A DNA stretch of 64,000 nucleotides from Rhizodiscina lignyota (lineage: Eukaryota): assembly GCA_010015805.1 (NCBI GenBank), contig ML978124.1, positions 682,001 through 746,000 on the forward strand. The letters are read 5' to 3'. Numbering within the stretch: position 1 is the first letter of the stretch; each line of letters starts with the position of its first letter. The notes beneath the pieces are model-generated. The model did no database searches. It worked only from the letters and a program-made list of their open reading frames with translations, and was not told where the DNA came from. The position numbers were made by a program, and so were the translations under genes. Below, one piece after another: positions 25,323 to 37,877 of this stretch.

Positions 25323-26799
25323 ATTACTTTCACTCCAATTAGCGCTCTGTATATATATATTGGGGGTAAATATTAGTAAAAAGTATTTATCTTACGAAAT
25401 ACTGCGAGTGTCCGAGTGCTTCGTCACTTCATCATTTTGAGCATGACAGGAAGGCCTTATTTCTTCACCTGCCATTGCCGTGAGCTTGGTTATATTCCGT
25501 GTATAAACTAAGCTATACTGGATAGAGACGACTTGGAGAGCGAAAGATACCACAAATTTGGTGGGAGAGATCTGGAATGGGTGTTTTCTGAAGCTGACAC
25601 TCGCCCGGGTTTTTCAGCCCATTTATACAGGTACACCAGCATGAGAAAGGCAGCGCTACTTTCTCAGGTATTCCGACTACTGGCAAGTCCTCAGTATCAC
25701 CACGATTTCCCCCAGGTCTTTTCAAACATCGTAAACCCCTGTCCTCGCAGTGCAAGCAAGTCGACCGATTCGAGGATTCGACCAGGATATCCTTGATAAG
25801 TCTGACTCCGGCCTTCGGATCGGCAAGAGACACATGGAACAGGGCTTATGCGTCGCGTCCCACATCATATGATGCGCCAAAGGTCCGTGCGGGGACTGTG
25901 AGGCTCTGAGGCTCTGAAGCTCTGTCGGTTGCCTGTCGGTTGCCTGTCGCCAGGCAAACGGTTCGCAAAGTCGCGGTGGTGGTCCGCGGACCGCGTAGGC
26001 GACATGCTGCAATAAAACCCATCTCTTGCCGCCAAATTCCCGGAGCCTCATACACGCCAAATCACCCTCGCTTTTAGTGACTGCTCCCCCCGATAAATGG
26101 TACAGTAATGGATCTCTTTCCTCAGCGGTGTCCTCGTTGATTGTGAAAGAATTTCGTTAATTTCTTACATACCATAATTCTCTAATTGCATTTCTCTTGC
26201 TTCAGTCATCATTGGCCACGGTAGATAGAACAATGGAGGCTGCAGCGTTCGCTTCGATCATTGCACTTTTCATTTTCATCGCGGTTCTGATACTGCAACG
26301 TATGCTGGCGCACATCCCAAACAGCAGGCCTAGCTCGGGCATACAGCCTGAGGACGTGGACCTGGACTTTAGGAGATCTCCGGACTTTTGGAGAACTGGC
26401 CCGCCAGATGATTATCCAAGCCCCTCGGTGCCTTCAAAAAGACCTCGATCGAAATTCTCCCAAACCTACCTGGTGGATAGCACTTCGGCCAATAAGGCAA
26501 CAAGCAAATTCCACGAGAACCGTTCACAAGGCTGAGAGATCTCTCGAGAATACTCCATGGCCGGATTCCAGAGCGACCACATTCCATTGGCCAAGCCCGC
26601 GGAGTGGTCTGTCCTCTTGACGCTGGTGCAGAAAATCTAGTTTCTACAGTCCAGCGTGAAGGCGGAACCAGGATCTCGTACACCATCTTGTCAACCTGCC
26701 GTCCGAACCCGGCAAGCGGACAATTATTTGAGCCGCTCAGCCATGGAAACCTGATCTCATGCCTCCATCGCAAACACTGCGACAGGTTGAGGTTAGGAT

Positions 26800-29170
26800 A
26801 CAAGCCACTATGGCCGACATCAGTGCTTCAACCTGGAAGTCGAGACATTTCGCAAGAAAAGTTTGCTGCTGAATTCAAGACTATTTACGCTGGATTAACA
26901 ATGGCCGAGACAAAATGCATCCATATTGACAAAGCTCAACAACTCCTTCAAGCGAATTTAAAGTCACTGACGAGAAACCTGAAGCTGTGGTCTATGTCGT
27001 GAACGTTGCTCTACGAGCATCATGACTTCTTCTCAGCGAGTCAGCACCGCCCGGCGTACCGGAGGACCGGACACTCGTTACGAACCGACAAAAGTATTCA
27101 ATGCCCGCTCGAATGTGGAAACATGGAATCTCCAAGACTGCCTCGCATCCATCCAAAAGTCATCTTCAAGGAGCTTTGCATTCGAGGACTCAATGCTGGC
27201 TCTCAGCAAGCTATTCCGGGAAGCCCGATGAGCACTGGCAAGCTATGATTGCCCTTCACAGGACTTTACTTCATGAGCACCATGACTTCTTTCTAGCAAG
27301 CTAGGACTCTGTGGCCTTTTAGGAGCAGTTAGCAGCTGAAGTGAAGTCTATCTACACTAGACTAACAACAGTTGAAGCGAAGTGTATCCATATTGACAAC
27401 GTCCAACAAGCAACCTCACGGAGCGAGTCCAGAATCAGCGATGAGCACCACGGCTTCTTCCTGGCAAGCCAGCACCCCGTAGCCTCACCTGCACTGCAAA
27501 GGCTCGCCTGGAAGTACTCTATGCCGGCCCGAATGTGGAAACACGGAATTCATTCATTTCTCGAATTACTTAGCCACTGTCTGCCAGAGTTTATCGAATA
27601 TATGCTTGCCTTTATCTACCTTGCCTACCAGATGATGGCGCTTTTATACGAAACCGTGGGCACATTTCGAGACACCTGGATCGAATGCTTAGGAGATCTC
27701 GGTCGATATCGAATGGCCGTCTAGGATGAAGACGCGTGTCATCGTGAAATCTGGGCTCGTGTTGCTATATGCTGGTACAAAAAGGCGGCAGACGACAATC
27801 CGATTATCGGCCGCCTCTACCACCACCTTGCGATACTTGCTTGTCCACTACTTACCATTCTCATATGCCCCTCCCAGAGGGCTGGATCTTCCTGAGGACT
27901 GGATGTTGCGAGGCCTTCCCTGGAGCTTTGAGTATTGCCGCCATCGAAGAAGAGGAGTGATACATGGAACGGACGTCCACAATGAAGACCGGTTGATCGA
28001 GCATTGGGCTGGACCGTGCACAGTCACTTGTCAAGACGAAGTGCATCCACATTGACAAAGCTCAACAACTCCTCGAAGCGAATTCAACATCGTTGGCTGA
28101 AAACCTGAAGCCGTGGTCCAATGAATAAACATGCGGGCACAGCAAACTGCCGCTGTGACGTTCTCCAGCAGTTGTAATATTATTTTCCCCCCCTCGCAGA
28201 AAAACACTTGGATAGAATGCCTCGGAGACCTAGGCTAGTATCGAATGGCTATCAAGAACGTGCAACACTGAATAATCTGCGCGGGCGTGGCCAGAGTCTG
28301 GTACAACAAGGCAGTAGACCCAAATCCTGCAACTGGTCGACTTTTCCACCACCTCGCGATTCTCACGCGTCCAAATAAAATCGAGCTGCTAGATCCCAAG
28401 TCCTTCACCATGCTCTCACGAGCGTTCATGAACGGAATGATACTAGAGAGTGAGCGGCTGTACTCCGTAAAGATGCACGCGTTACTCTTCAAGAAGAAAA
28501 ACATGGATGCGGTCGTCCCACATGGGAGTATCGAGACTGTTTTCGACCCCATTCTCTCGCCTCAACAACCGCTTCCTTGCAAGCATCGTAGCCCATCGCG
28601 AATGGAAGAAGAATTTACCGGGACCGATCTTGTCGCAGTGTTGCCACCCACTTCGCTGCCTTTCACCATATCACCATCTTGCCATTTGTTCATGTCACCA
28701 TCGCCTTCTTGTAACGAGTTATTCTCCGCTTTTGTGGTTCTGAATAGAGTCGCGACTGTTTTCACGCATGGAGTGCGGAACGATTTGCATCGGCCATATT
28801 TGGCAGCGCTGGCCTCGATGAAAGACTCCGTGCACTTCACGCCTAATCACACGGGTCCTGCAACATCGTCATCGCCAATTCGATCGCCGAGTGTAACACG
28901 GTTCGTCACATTGTCGGAAATGGGGGTTTTACCCTCTCCGATGCATAACATTCGAAAACCCCTCAAGGTCTGAGACTTGGTTCTTGCGGGCGCATCGCTT
29001 CATCTTCCTGCATTCTGAACAGAATACTTGTTCGGCTGTGGACTATGAACAAGTAGCGTACTCGATTCATCTCATGAAACTCGCAGGCCGGCCTCTGCCC
29101 GAAGACTGGATGATGCGGGGTTTGCTCTGGATACTCGAGTACATTAGAAGACAATTACTGGCTAACTAAT
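26800..29170 (+). pseudogene. Fragmented, internally duplicated Est1/SMG6-like (TPR/14-3-3-like) gene remnants
   Basis: Repeated fragments EVKSIY..LTxxEAKCIHID, LLHEHHDFFLASQH, YSMPARMWKHGIHSFLELL, WIECLGDLGRYRMA, GRLYHHLAIL, LPEDWM.RGL, with in-frame stops and frameshifts. Confidence 0.75.
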
Positions 29171-29829
29171 CTGGAGTGTGAGAGGATCTCAGTTGCGAGA
29201 CAGCCGTTCTTGCTTGTGATCGCCGTGCTGGTTCTTCCATTATGGCTGCGCAACATTTTCGGCTTCAATTGGAGGTCGCCGATTGTTCTACTTCAACTGG
29301 ATGGTATCGCAGCAATTGCAGGATGGGTAGTAAAGAAGTGGCTGATGCAAGGCAAAGGTGTGAGAGCGGTCATGTCATGTTCCGCCGAAATCCAATTCAC
29401 TGTGGTCTGTCTTTGCTGCTGACGGAGTGCGGCCGTTCAAGCATTGCACGGCTTGTATGGCTAGTTCTTCTCTCATTTCTTTCAAGACTTCATCCCGATC
29501 GTTCTTACGTTGCTTACGCATAGTTGCCGGAGCATCGCACAACTGACAGATGAATGGAGCGCCTCTTTCACGATTTGCCCCTACTTTTTCCAAACAACTT
29601 TTGCATTCTCAATCGTCTACCTTTCATCGCCGTACACAGTGTCTCGTCCGTCGCTTCCGTGCTCATGGAAGCAGGCAAGGAACTAATCATGTAAAACAGC
29701 AATCTTTTGTTTCTAGTAGCCTGTCATTGCAAGTCTATTTCATTGACTCAGTCATTATTTAATGGAATGAAGATACGTCTCGCTATCATAACACACTATC
29801 GAGGCTCAAACGCTATCAGAATTCGATCA

Positions 29830-30160
29830 TCTTTGTGCACGTCTCGGAAAGATGGCGCGAATGTGAAGCCTTTCATCGCAAGTGCCGGATCGGCCAGCCA
29901 GGCTTGCAAAGGTGTCTTGCCTTCAGCTAGCTCCGTGTGCAGCTTCCAATCCTTTGGTAATTGGAAACCAAGCTCTCAGGCTGCTTTCTCGATACGTGCC
30001 CTTGCCATCTCTTGGACAGTCGGGTCGGTGAGATCTGGCATCTTGAGGACATCTTCGTTCAGAGCGAGTGTTTCCTCGCTCAAAGCAACGACGTCAGACG
30101 GACCTTTGATGCTTTGTTGGGCTTGTAGGCCATCATCATATGACTCATGTACTCCAGGTC
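29830..30160 (-). pseudogene. Stop-interrupted paralog of ORF 24879-25322
   Basis: HESYDDGLQA...LALNEDVL...ARIEKAA*ELGFQLPKDWKLHTELAEGKTPLQAWLADPA, with an in-frame TGA at about 29976. Confidence 0.65.
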
Positions 30161-31273
30161 GATGATGGTGATGTTCAGTATGGAGGGAGCTGGGGCACAG
30201 AGCGGCGGTGCTGCAAAGGCACAGTAAGTACCACAGTCGGGCTGTACATAACTAGAGACATGATCTTACGAGTCATCGCAACTCTGTGGTGTTCCTCCGC
30301 CATTGGCGGGAAAGACATATTCATGCGAAGAAGTATCCATCTCTTCTTGAATAAATATGATGAACAGTGAAAAAGGTTGATGGTTATATAAGCAACCTTT
30401 AGGAAATGCTAAGCACGTGAAGAGAAATAATTGTATGAATTTCTGATTCTGAAATTACGTTGGAGGACTTCCGACATTCTTATAGCAAAACTGGGCCGGC
30501 CGGCACAGTGATTTATACCTTTGTATTCCTCATGTCTTACTATGGGAATAGGGTCAGTGTCATTGCCGTGACCCTGGCAGTCAATCTGCACGCGGGCGTG
30601 GTGGCCGTCCCTAGGTCGGTTTGCAGGTGTGCATATGGAGCGTAATCGGTGATCAGGGACGTAGCCTCGTAGCTGATACGCTACTCGCCAGGTAGAGAGT
30701 CGCAACATGCGAATATTAGCTTTTGCCTTACGGTTCGCGCACCATTCGACGTGTGCATATGGACGAATTCTGTACCCGAATATCGTCACGCACGTGACCT
30801 ACGTTTCTGTTAACTCTTAGGAAGTAGGTAGGTTGTCAATTAACGTCCCAGGTGATCTCCAGATTTGGTACGTCTTGTGTGTACGTAATTCCTAATATGT
30901 TCACTTCATCCAAATGCAATCTTACAATACACCAGCGCTAAACCCCTCGTATCTCTAATTGGCTACCATAAAAAGACTGTGGCGACTGAACAAGTTGAAC
31001 CTGGGGGGCCATCTTGCGCCCGAGGAAACCAATTCTTTCTTCCACAGATATTGTCTTATCATGGAAGTAACCATATATATAAATTAGCGCAAAGCTCTTC
31101 TACTCTCTATACGACTTAAATCCTCATGATATTCAAATGGTTCTGCATTTGTTTGATAGTGGAATCAGCAATAGGCGGATTCCAAAGTTGACTGCACTCG
31201 GATCAAGTCAACCTGTACACTTCAATACATAAAGTTCTACTTAAATTCCACCGGAACCCTGGGCAGTGATGTA

Positions 31274-32277
31274 TCAATATGTGCCCAAGGCCCGCTCCAA
31301 CCGTACATCTGGCAGGCTCTCTCGCGACTCGATAAGCCTTTGAACAAACTCTTCATCCAAAGCCACCTTGTCCTTCTCCTCGAGGCAGTCCACCATATCA
31401 TCAATGCTGTAGACTGCAGAAGCAGGGGCTCTGAAGCTCATGCCGATTTCCTCATCAATTCGACTCCCGAGTCCATCTTTCGCAGCCTCGATGACATCGA
31501 ATCGGTCCTCCTCGTTGTTGAACTGTGGCGGTGCGCCATCATCGGTCTGGCGGCTCCACTTTCGAAGGTAGGTGCGGTCGTAGAGGATATTCATGAGCCT
31601 TTTCTCGGCTTGATTCTTTCTGGCCTCTTGCTCTTCGGGCAGCATGACACTGTTCGAGTGACAGTCTAGCTCCAGAGCTCGCAGCTCCAATGCATCCCTA
31701 ACGATCAACGTGAAGTACTGATGTGTTTCGGCATCTGGACGCCACTTCCAGAGCCAGTCACACGCCTCATGTATGTCGTCGTCATCGTGCCACTCCTCAA
31801 TGAACTCGTTGCGTTTATCGAACGTCGCAGTGTCGTCTTCGACATTGTCAAGGTACTCCGCGCATGCCTGCTCGTACAGATCCTCAACGACCGTGATTGT
31901 TTTGTCACCAGCTGCTCGCATGGCTCGGATGAGGAACAGTTTGAAGCGGGTCTGGACGAATGTGTCGGCGAAGGAGACGTCGCTATCAAGGTTGCCGTAT
32001 ATAATGACCTTGGTGATCATCAAGTCTTGTCCATGGCATCTCTTTAAAGCCGGGACGCTCTGCGCTATTAATGCTTCAATGAGAGCATTATGATCTTGTA
32101 TGAACTTGACGACTTCTGGAGGAAACCTGCAATCACCTCAGCATTTGATCATGCCCACAGAGGGGGGAATACATACTTGGAAGGCCGATTCACCCCTTCA
32201 TCCTCCTGACGTTGTAACTCTCTCTGCAATTTCTCCACCTGTCGGGCCTTCGGCATTGCGGAATTCATTGTGAACAT
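31274..32277 (-). CDS. Orphan-family member B; exons about 32277-32177 and 32127-31274
   Basis: GTATGT...GCTGAG...TGCAG phase-2 intron. Long acidic ORF with QDLMITKVIIYGNLDSDVSFADTFVQTRFKLFLIRA matching members A and C. Confidence 0.75.
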
Positions 32278-32704
32278 TGGGAATGATTGAACGGAGGGGC
32301 CGTTGGTGGTGTTTTTTAAAGACGTGAGAAGGAGGCTGTCATTCAGCGTGCTGCGGCTAGGAGCCTTGGCTGCCTGCTACGGAGGTGACAAGCCTTAGTC
32401 GCGAAAGGGGATGGATAGCTGCTGCGATGCGGAATGCCTATTTCACTGTAATCAACGGCTGTTTCATGTTCATTAGATACTTTCGGTTGACAAACACGTC
32501 TTTAATTTCACGCTCCGACGCTATGGAGTTGTGTTACTGTGTGGTTGTGGGAGCGTAGCCAAAACTGTCGCGATATGGAGAATGGCAAGACAGTGTGCAA
32601 AAATAATAAGAGCGATCAAGTCAACCACAAATCTTGCAGATGTTAGTTAGTAGTGCCGTACGAGGAGCATAGAAGTATTTATATCAAGATTAAGTTTTTT
32701 AACC

Positions 32705-32833
32705 AAAAAAAAAAGAGAAATGATGTCTGCCAGAATCGAACTCTTCGCAGTAAAGAGCAAAAAATCTACACCACCTTCCACTCCCAATCTTTCAGATTAG
32801 GAGGGAGGAAGGTGCAGTTGAACCAGCATCACC
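32705..32833 (-). ncRNA. tRNA-like / Pol III-type element 2 with long GAAA-capped hairpin
   Basis: On the minus strand: A-box-like TGGTTCAACTGC (32825-32814), hairpin CACCTTCC..CTCCTAATCT-GAA-AGATTGGGAG.GGAAGGTG, T6, B-box GAGTTCGATTC (32743-32733), T10 run. Confidence 0.5.
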
Positions 32834-34417
32834 TGGTTTTTTTGGTATTTAGTATTTTCTTTTGGCCGATCTAGATCAAGTGTTAGTACTGTATAAAAGG
32901 GGCTATAGGCGCACCTTTCGTAAATAAGCTCAGTCTCGCTGCCGCTATGCCACAGCGGCAGGTCATCGACGACTGTGGATATTTAAAAATTGAATATATA
33001 GTTAAGAACATAACACCCACATGCCGGGGCTATATCCCTGCACTGCAGAGCCACTGCTACGAGTTGCTCCTACTCGTGAAGTGATTTAACCCTTTTGAAA
33101 TATCAGTTAAGTAGTGTCTCTGAAAATTAATAAGTGCTTATGGAATAAAAAGCCATTAAGGGAGTTTAAAAGGTAGTAATGTCGAAGAAGTGGCATCAGG
33201 TAGGGTCCGATCTGGCAGCCCTTGGACAAAACAACGAACTCCACACCAAAAAGCGAAGTAAGGACGCTCAAAGACGAAGACCCAGCATAGCACTTTCATC
33301 AATACTTCAAAATGATTGAAAAGTGATGGCAAAAGCAAAGGGGGCAAGGAAATGATTGTACATCGGTTGTACTTGGCGGACACTTGACTTCGCGGCAGAT
33401 ATGCACGTATGGGTTGCGACAGAGGTTTAATAATGAGACAATAAGACAATGATCAATTATCTAGCTACAGATACGATGGTATTAGACATTGAATGGGAAG
33501 ATTCAAGCCTTGCAAGTGGCTCATTATGATCTTTCTGTCTTCGCAGACGTCGGGAGAAGCGTGGGAACTTCCGTCCCATCTCCGGAAGACTGCAGCCGTT
33601 GTCCCCACTCCATCCCTCCAGTTTCCTCATCCCAAAGCGCATAAGGAAACGCTTGAAGTCAATATTGTTGGTTGACCTTTTCCGAACCACTGTAACCTTT
33701 CCATAGTGTCCGGTCACTTCCTAGAGCCAGAATGCCCGAGTTGTCCTCAAACGAAGCAATACCGACATGATTGCAACCCAAAAGTGACGAGAAAGTAGAA
33801 TGAGTTGACAGTACACGAAATTTTCTTTCTTATCGTCCCATATATGTATTAAGTTCTAGTTGATGTTTTCAATGCTTTCTCCTTGTCCTTCAAAATTGGC
33901 CTATCATGCCGTTCATGCTTACCAAGAAGTCCGCTTCGACAGCCTGAAACCTCGTCTGCACCCTAGCAAAATGAAACTCATCTGTCTCCCTCTCGTTACA
34001 TAAGGAAGCTCAAAGGCAATAGAGAATATGGCACTAAGAAAAAAGAGTTGATCATAACGGAGACATTGGGGACACTATTTGGGCATGTCAACAGTGCTGC
34101 GACATTGAACGCCAGTAGCCGACGAGCTCAGTATATGGCCACAGCACTCTCGCCGGCAGTGAGCAACTGGAAGTTGAGAACTTATAATATTATTCCAATT
34201 CCCTCTATAGCGATCCCAGAGCCAATCAACATGCTACTCAATCAATAGCCGAGACACCTGGAAGGACGGCTAACGCTAACGACAGTTTCGATGTGAAGTA
34301 GTAAGGCGTAAAAGAGGGCTCTTGAAAGCTTGAATTGACTCCAATGAGTGCTCTTGAATGTAGCTAGATCATCATCGTTGCGGATCTTCCAATACTGTTG
34401 ACAAAGCCGGCCCATGA

Positions 34418-36469
34418 TCATCGGGCGTCTACAACTCCCCTTTCAAGGTGCTTCACTGCATCTCTCACCTTGGGGCAGAAGTGCATCTTCAAGATCTCCC
34501 CCTCCCACACCGTTGCAGCAAAAGGGTTACTCCCTTCCCCCCCGCCCTCTCCTCTCAGTGCATCGAATGCGCCATCCCCTTTGCGCTCTTCGGTGTGCCA
34601 CAGAGCTGTTATCTTCCGCCCATGCACCTTGACGACCTTTTGCATAAGCCCAAGCATTGCGAGGGATGATTTTTCTGGCAGCTGAAGAGACGCTGTCATT
34701 AGATTCTTCGCAAAGGCGGCAATGCGCGTGGGTGGGACAGCTCGAACGTTGCTTGCAGGGAGCAGGGCGGACGAGAGTGAACGAATCAATAGGACTGTTG
34801 TTGTCTGAACGTTGACTTTATTTGACGATGGCCGCTGTGTCTCAGGGTCTGATGCGGTAGGATCGGGAAGACGATGTGACTTTGCGCTGAGCTCGATGTC
34901 TGGATTCAGAGATGCGGGAAAAAGTGTCCGATAAAGATGGGTAATGAAGAAATTCAGGTCGAGGTTGAGAGATGTGGATGCAGCGCTAGCATCTTGGCCC
35001 TCGAGAAGTGCAAATGCAGTGATAACACAAAGCAACGACTCGCGGCTGACGTTGCTTGCCGTGTCCTCGTTTTGGTCGTCTATAGATTCATCGATCTCCT
35101 CGTCGTCATCATTTTGGTTATCCGCTCGGGATATGATGTCTCTCAGCGCCTCGAGAATGTCACCAAAGAAGTCTTGGTTAATAAGATGCGCATAACGCGC
35201 CAGTCCTTCCAAAACAGCGCCCGTTAAGCTTGGTGTCCGTGCCTTGAGAACCCGGAAGTACGTCACGAAGACAAGTTTGAGCGTTTCGGCTTGCATGCGG
35301 TCGCGCTCTTCATGGCTGACTGTTGCGTCGGCCTCTTTCATTTCCTTCTCCACAACTTTCTGCTCTCGAAGTATCTTTCGTTGCTTCTTCGTGCGGAATT
35401 CGCGTTTCTCTTTCTGCTTCTTGTCTTTTCCTTGTGTAGACTCGGTGTCTTTGTCGACTCCGGCATGCGATCCTTTGTGTGAGAATTCAGACAGGAGGCG
35501 CAGATGAAGGAAAGTATTTAGGACTGCTTCATCCACGAGGTAATGCTTCGCTTTGGTCATCTTGGTCAGAGTAGTCACGGCATCAAGCGATGCGGTGCCG
35601 TCTTCGTCGGTCGCGAACATGGTCTCAAGAGTTTCTACACACTTGTAAAAGTCTGCATCCTTGCTTCGACTGCTCAACTTTGAGACGAGTATTTTCAGCA
35701 ACTCGCCACGGAAGTTGAAATGGGGCACGGCCAGAAGAAGATTGCATGCACACGATATTGCAACGCTTGCCAGACTGTTTTGTTCTTCAGCTGCCTCAGC
35801 TCCCCTGCGTGTTGCGTATTCCGAAAGAACCTGCAAGTATTGCTGATAACCACCAACAAGGGATTGTTCGAAATTGCGCAGCCGTCGCACCTCTTTCGAC
35901 AGTTTGGCCTTTGCATCCTCTTCAGTGTGTGGCCGTATCCGGTAGCCCGGTATAATGTCTTTGTATACAGCTAGCTGCGTTGCCAGCGCCAACTTCTTTA
36001 CTGTAACATTCGCCGACTCGCCGATGTTCGCTATCGTCCGAAGAGAACCGACGTGCTCCTCCGGGTCCTCATTTACAAGGGTCGCTAGTCGTGCTAGTTC
36101 CTCCTTCGCCTTGAATACCTGCTGCTTTGGGGTGATTGACGGCACAGCCTGTTGTACCTCCTCTTCCTCCGTGCTTGCTTGCTCAATTCCGCGGTCGGAA
36201 GTAAGAAAGCTGTCTACCTCTTCATTGTCCGAAGCCTGTGACACCTCTTGTTCCACCCATCCTTCATCCGTCCGAATCGGCAATTTGGTGACTTCCTTGC
36301 TCTTCTTGAGCTTCCGTGGTCGCTGCTCATATGCTTGCTCGAGATCCCATTTTTCTGCGCTTCGGGCAAATGCGCTGTCTGCAGGTGCAAGAATGGAAGA
36401 GGGCGGGGCTTTCTGGCTCGGATCGAGCGCAGGCGGAGATAGTCGCCTCCTTTTCGCTGGTCGCGACAT
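34418..36469 (-). CDS. NOC3: Nucleolar complex protein Noc3
   Basis: LAVYKDIIPGYRIRP, VPHFNFR, ETLKLVFVTYFRVLK, VLEGLARYAHLINQDFFGD, ATVWE...HFCPKV. Start taken at MSRPAKRRR. Confidence 0.95.
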   Translation of the reverse strand: MSRPAKRRRLSPPALDPSQKAPPSSILAPADSAFARSAEKWDLEQAYEQRPRKLKKSKEVTKLPIRTDEGWVEQEVSQASDNEEVDSFLTSDRGIEQASTEEEEVQQAVPSITPKQQVFKAKEELARLATLVNEDPEEHVGSLRTIANIGESANVTVKKLALATQLAVYKDIIPGYRIRPHTEEDAKAKLSKEVRRLRNFEQSLVGGYQQYLQVLSEYATRRGAEAAEEQNSLASVAISCACNLLLAVPHFNFRGELLKILVSKLSSRSKDADFYKCVETLETMFATDEDGTASLDAVTTLTKMTKAKHYLVDEAVLNTFLHLRLLSEFSHKGSHAGVDKDTESTQGKDKKQKEKREFRTKKQRKILREQKVVEKEMKEADATVSHEERDRMQAETLKLVFVTYFRVLKARTPSLTGAVLEGLARYAHLINQDFFGDILEALRDIISRADNQNDDDEEIDESIDDQNEDTASNVSRESLLCVITAFALLEGQDASAASTSLNLDLNFFITHLYRTLFPASLNPDIELSAKSHRLPDPTASDPETQRPSSNKVNVQTTTVLLIRSLSSALLPASNVRAVPPTRIAAFAKNLMTASLQLPEKSSLAMLGLMQKVVKVHGRKITALWHTEERKGDGAFDALRGEGGGEGSNPFAATVWEGEILKMHFCPKVRDAVKHLERGVVDAR

Positions 36470-36682
36470 GATTCTCTCTGGATTTTTGAATTTGCGGTTG
36501 TGATGCCCGCTTGCAAAAAAATTATGGGCGATTCGGCTCATCTTCGGGTCGCATAAAGCTCCCCTCCGCAATATATCGCCAATTTTTTTTCTGATGCACC
36601 ATCCTCCAACTTCCATCATCCTTCGCCTCCTCCAATTCTACAAAGTATATCAGCAGAAATCTGGTGCTAAAAAAAATCCGTC

Positions 36683-37318
36683 ATGCGCCAGTTAACAGAA
36701 AAAGAAACCGAGACGCTCTTCTCCAAACTTGCCAACTACACCGGTCGTTCCCTCACGCACCTCATCCAACCTCCGTCGTCTGAATCCTCAGACCCAAAGA
36801 ACCCTTCATCAGAACGGCATGTTTTCCGCATACAAAATAACCGTGTCTACTACGTCCGCGAATCCATTGCCAATCTCGCGACCTCCGTTGCAAGAGCGAA
36901 TCTTCTTTCCCTTGGAACGTGCCTCGGAAAGTTCACAAAAACGGGGAAATTCAGACTGCACATCACAGCCTTGGATGTGATTGCTCCACATGCGAGATAC
37001 AAGATGTGGATCAAGCCGAACGGAGAGATGCCCTTTCTGTATGGCGGTAACATTGTGAAGGCACATGTGGGGAGGTGGAGCGAGGATTGTCCCGAGCATC
37101 AAGGAGTCGTGGTATTCTCTATGTCGGATACGCCATTGGTATGCAGCCGAATGATGTTCGGAAAATGCGATTCCCTTACTAATATGTTACAGGGCTTTGG
37201 GATTTCCGCAAGATCCACCGCCGAAGCTCGACGATTGGAACCTACAGGCATCACGACGTTCAGACAGGCAGACGTGGGAGAATATCTGCGGGAAGAGGAT
37301 ACATTGTTTGCTACATGA
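36683..37318 (+). CDS. NIP7: 60S ribosome biogenesis factor Nip7; intron about 37139-37192
   Basis: MRQLTEKETETLFSKLANYTG; SLGTCLGKFTKTGKFRLHITALD; FRQADVGEYLREEDTLF. Confidence 0.96.
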   Translation: MRQLTEKETETLFSKLANYTGRSLTHLIQPPSSESSDPKNPSSERHVFRIQNNRVYYVRESIANLATSVARANLLSLGTCLGKFTKTGKFRLHITALDVIAPHARYKMWIKPNGEMPFLYGGNIVKAHVGRWSEDCPEHQGVVVFSMSDTPLVCSRMMFGKCDSLTNMLQGFGISARSTAEARRLEPTGITTFRQADVGEYLREEDTLFAT

Positions 37319-37877
37319 TGCAACTTGGCTACGGACAAAGCTTTCGTATCCAACAGCCACTGATCTAGAAGCCGACGGCAAGGTCCAGTCATTACTGTCA
37401 CCGCCTGGAAAGAGAAAGGGAACGCACAGCAATGCCTGCTTCATGGTCTGCACCATGTTAAAGAATGGACAGCAGTAGATGAGAAAGACACTCTACCTGC
37501 TGCAGACTACTTGAGCAGAAGGATTGGTCAATAATTCGACCATCGACGGACGATACAGCCACGAGCATCAGCTCTTCCGAGCCATATTTTCCCTCTTCAG
37601 CAGTTCAAGAGCATGGCTCGAACAATGTATTATCATCACAACGAACTCAAGACATGATTCTGCTTCCGTCTCAACTCGCTGTATCCAATTATAGCTTCAT
37701 GGAGACTCCACGTGCCCCGCGCTAATCTCGCGATCAGACCCACTTTCGAACGCCACAACCGAAGCCACATATGCACCCCTGAGCTTGAATTTTAAAAAAT
37801 CCAATAAGATAAGCTGTCGCCCGCCATGAAGTTCATTTCTCTTCCTCACCTCTCATATCTTCCCCTCTATCGGAGCG

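Noticed and set aside
33760..34360. Hydrophobic minus-strand fragments suggesting a membrane-protein relic
   Set aside because: Multiple stops and no diagnostic motif.
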